From: a virus
Taxonomy: Duplodnaviria > Caudoviricetes
IMG/VR virus record: IMGVR_UViG_3300014204_013734
Location: 64,001-128,000 of that record
Strand: one strand, 5' to 3'
Length of the DNA: 64,000 bases
The notes under the pieces were generated by a model, which saw only the letters and a program-made list of their open reading frames with translations, searched no databases and was not told the origin of the DNA. Made by a program: the position numbers and the translations under genes. Of the stretch, positions 63,197-64,000 are shown one piece after another (positions within the stretch are counted from its first letter, which is position 1; every line of letters starts with the position of its first letter).

Positions 63197-64000
63197 TTGA
63201 GCCTTGACACGAAATACAGGCCCTTGAAATTTGACGATGTTTTGGGGCAGGAAACCATCATCAAAATCCTGCGCCGCTTCGTTGCCACCAAAACCGCTCT
63301 GCGACAATCGTATTTGTTTGCAGGACCTTTTGGATCCGGAAAAACCACTTTGGGTCGGATAATGGCAAGGGCTTTGCTGTGTGAATCTCCGACGGAAACA
63401 GGCGATCCTTGTGATACTTGTCCGTCTTGTCGGGCATTGCTTGAAGGGAATTCCTTAGACTTTGTGGAAGTGGATGCTGCTACCAATTCAGGCAAGGATG
63501 AAATTCGCCGGATTACCGAGGAAATTCAGTACACTACATTTTCCGGGAGACGGCGGATATATCTCTTCGACGAATCTCACCAGCTCTCCAGAGATGCCCT
63601 GGATGCCATGCTGAAACCCCTTGAAGAAAATCTCCCGGGGTCTCAAGACAAGAAGCTGGTCTGTATATTCTGTACGACAGAACCTGAAAAAATGCGGGCG
63701 ACGATTCTTTCCAGGTGCGCATCAGCATTTGTTGTTCAGCCTCCAGCTCCTGAAATCATTGCGAAGCGTTTGGAATTGATTTGCCGGGAAGAGAACATCC
63801 CTTATGAATTCAACGCCCTGGTTACGATGGCGGAAGTGACGGAATGTCATATCCGTGACGCCATCAAGGCGGTTGAGGGGATTTCAATGTTGGGGTCTTT
63901 GAACTCGGAAAACGTAGGGGTTTATCTCAAGCTGGACCTTAACACAGCCTACTTGGAGGTCCTGGAAAATATTGGGATGGATTTGGCCACTGCCATGAAG
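63197..64000 (+). CDS. dnaX: DNA polymerase III gamma/tau (runs off window edge)
   Basis: Not in the ORF track. TTG start after GAGGAGG: SLDTKYRPLKFDDVLGQE...YLFAGPFGSGKTT...CDTCPSC...EVDAATNSG...FDESHQLS...LKPLEE...TILSRC. Confidence 0.92.
   Translation, partial: MSLDTKYRPLKFDDVLGQETIIKILRRFVATKTALRQSYLFAGPFGSGKTTLGRIMARALLCESPTETGDPCDTCPSCRALLEGNSLDFVEVDAATNSGKDEIRRITEEIQYTTFSGRRRIYLFDESHQLSRDALDAMLKPLEENLPGSQDKKLVCIFCTTEPEKMRATILSRCASAFVVQPPAPEIIAKRLELICREENIPYEFNALVTMAEVTECHIRDAIKAVEGISMLGSLNSENVGVYLKLDLNTAYLEVLENIGMDLATAMK

Overview
A 64-kb segment of a large (jumbo-type) bacteriophage genome in the standard genetic code. No capsid, portal or terminase gene is recognisable in the window. 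It has four blocks. (1) 1-15 kb: accessory genes, including an M23 peptidase, tandem paralogues, methyltransferases, an Rnl2-like ligase, a radical SAM enzyme, intein-containing RtcB, a MoxR/CobS-like AAA+ with a vWA partner, and an MBL hydrolase. (2) 15.1-22.8 kb: a minus-strand array of 14 tRNAs (Leu x4, Ser x3, Thr x3, Arg, Tyr, Phe, Trp), one tRNA-like RNA and one tRNA remnant, interleaved with coaD, a C5 methyltransferase, a metacaspase and two free-standing endonucleases. The four tRNAs without an encoded CCA are each followed directly by an HDV-like (theta-type) ribozyme. (3) 22.8-37.5 kb: probable virion-associated or late genes sharing a short RVAxRW motif, plus GroEL, a C39-like peptidase, a 1647-aa modular protein and a sigma-like factor. 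(4) 38-64 kb: a replication/recombination block with HolA, HolB, DnaX and DnaN-like proteins, class II RNR with four inteins, RecD2, RuvC-like, RecA, split SbcC, SbcD and a Toprim primase. The main observation is an unannotated 42-codon leader ORF (22583-22711, minus strand) at the head of the tRNA array. It contains a cognate codon for every one of the 14 array tRNAs, with 12 different ones sampled once each in 13 consecutive codons. It is coupled to mutually exclusive antiterminator/terminator hairpins and a boxA-like site. This is a candidate ribosome-stalling attenuator that would switch on phage tRNAs when host tRNAs are depleted or cleaved. All calls come from reading the sequence by hand; no searches or folding programs were run.
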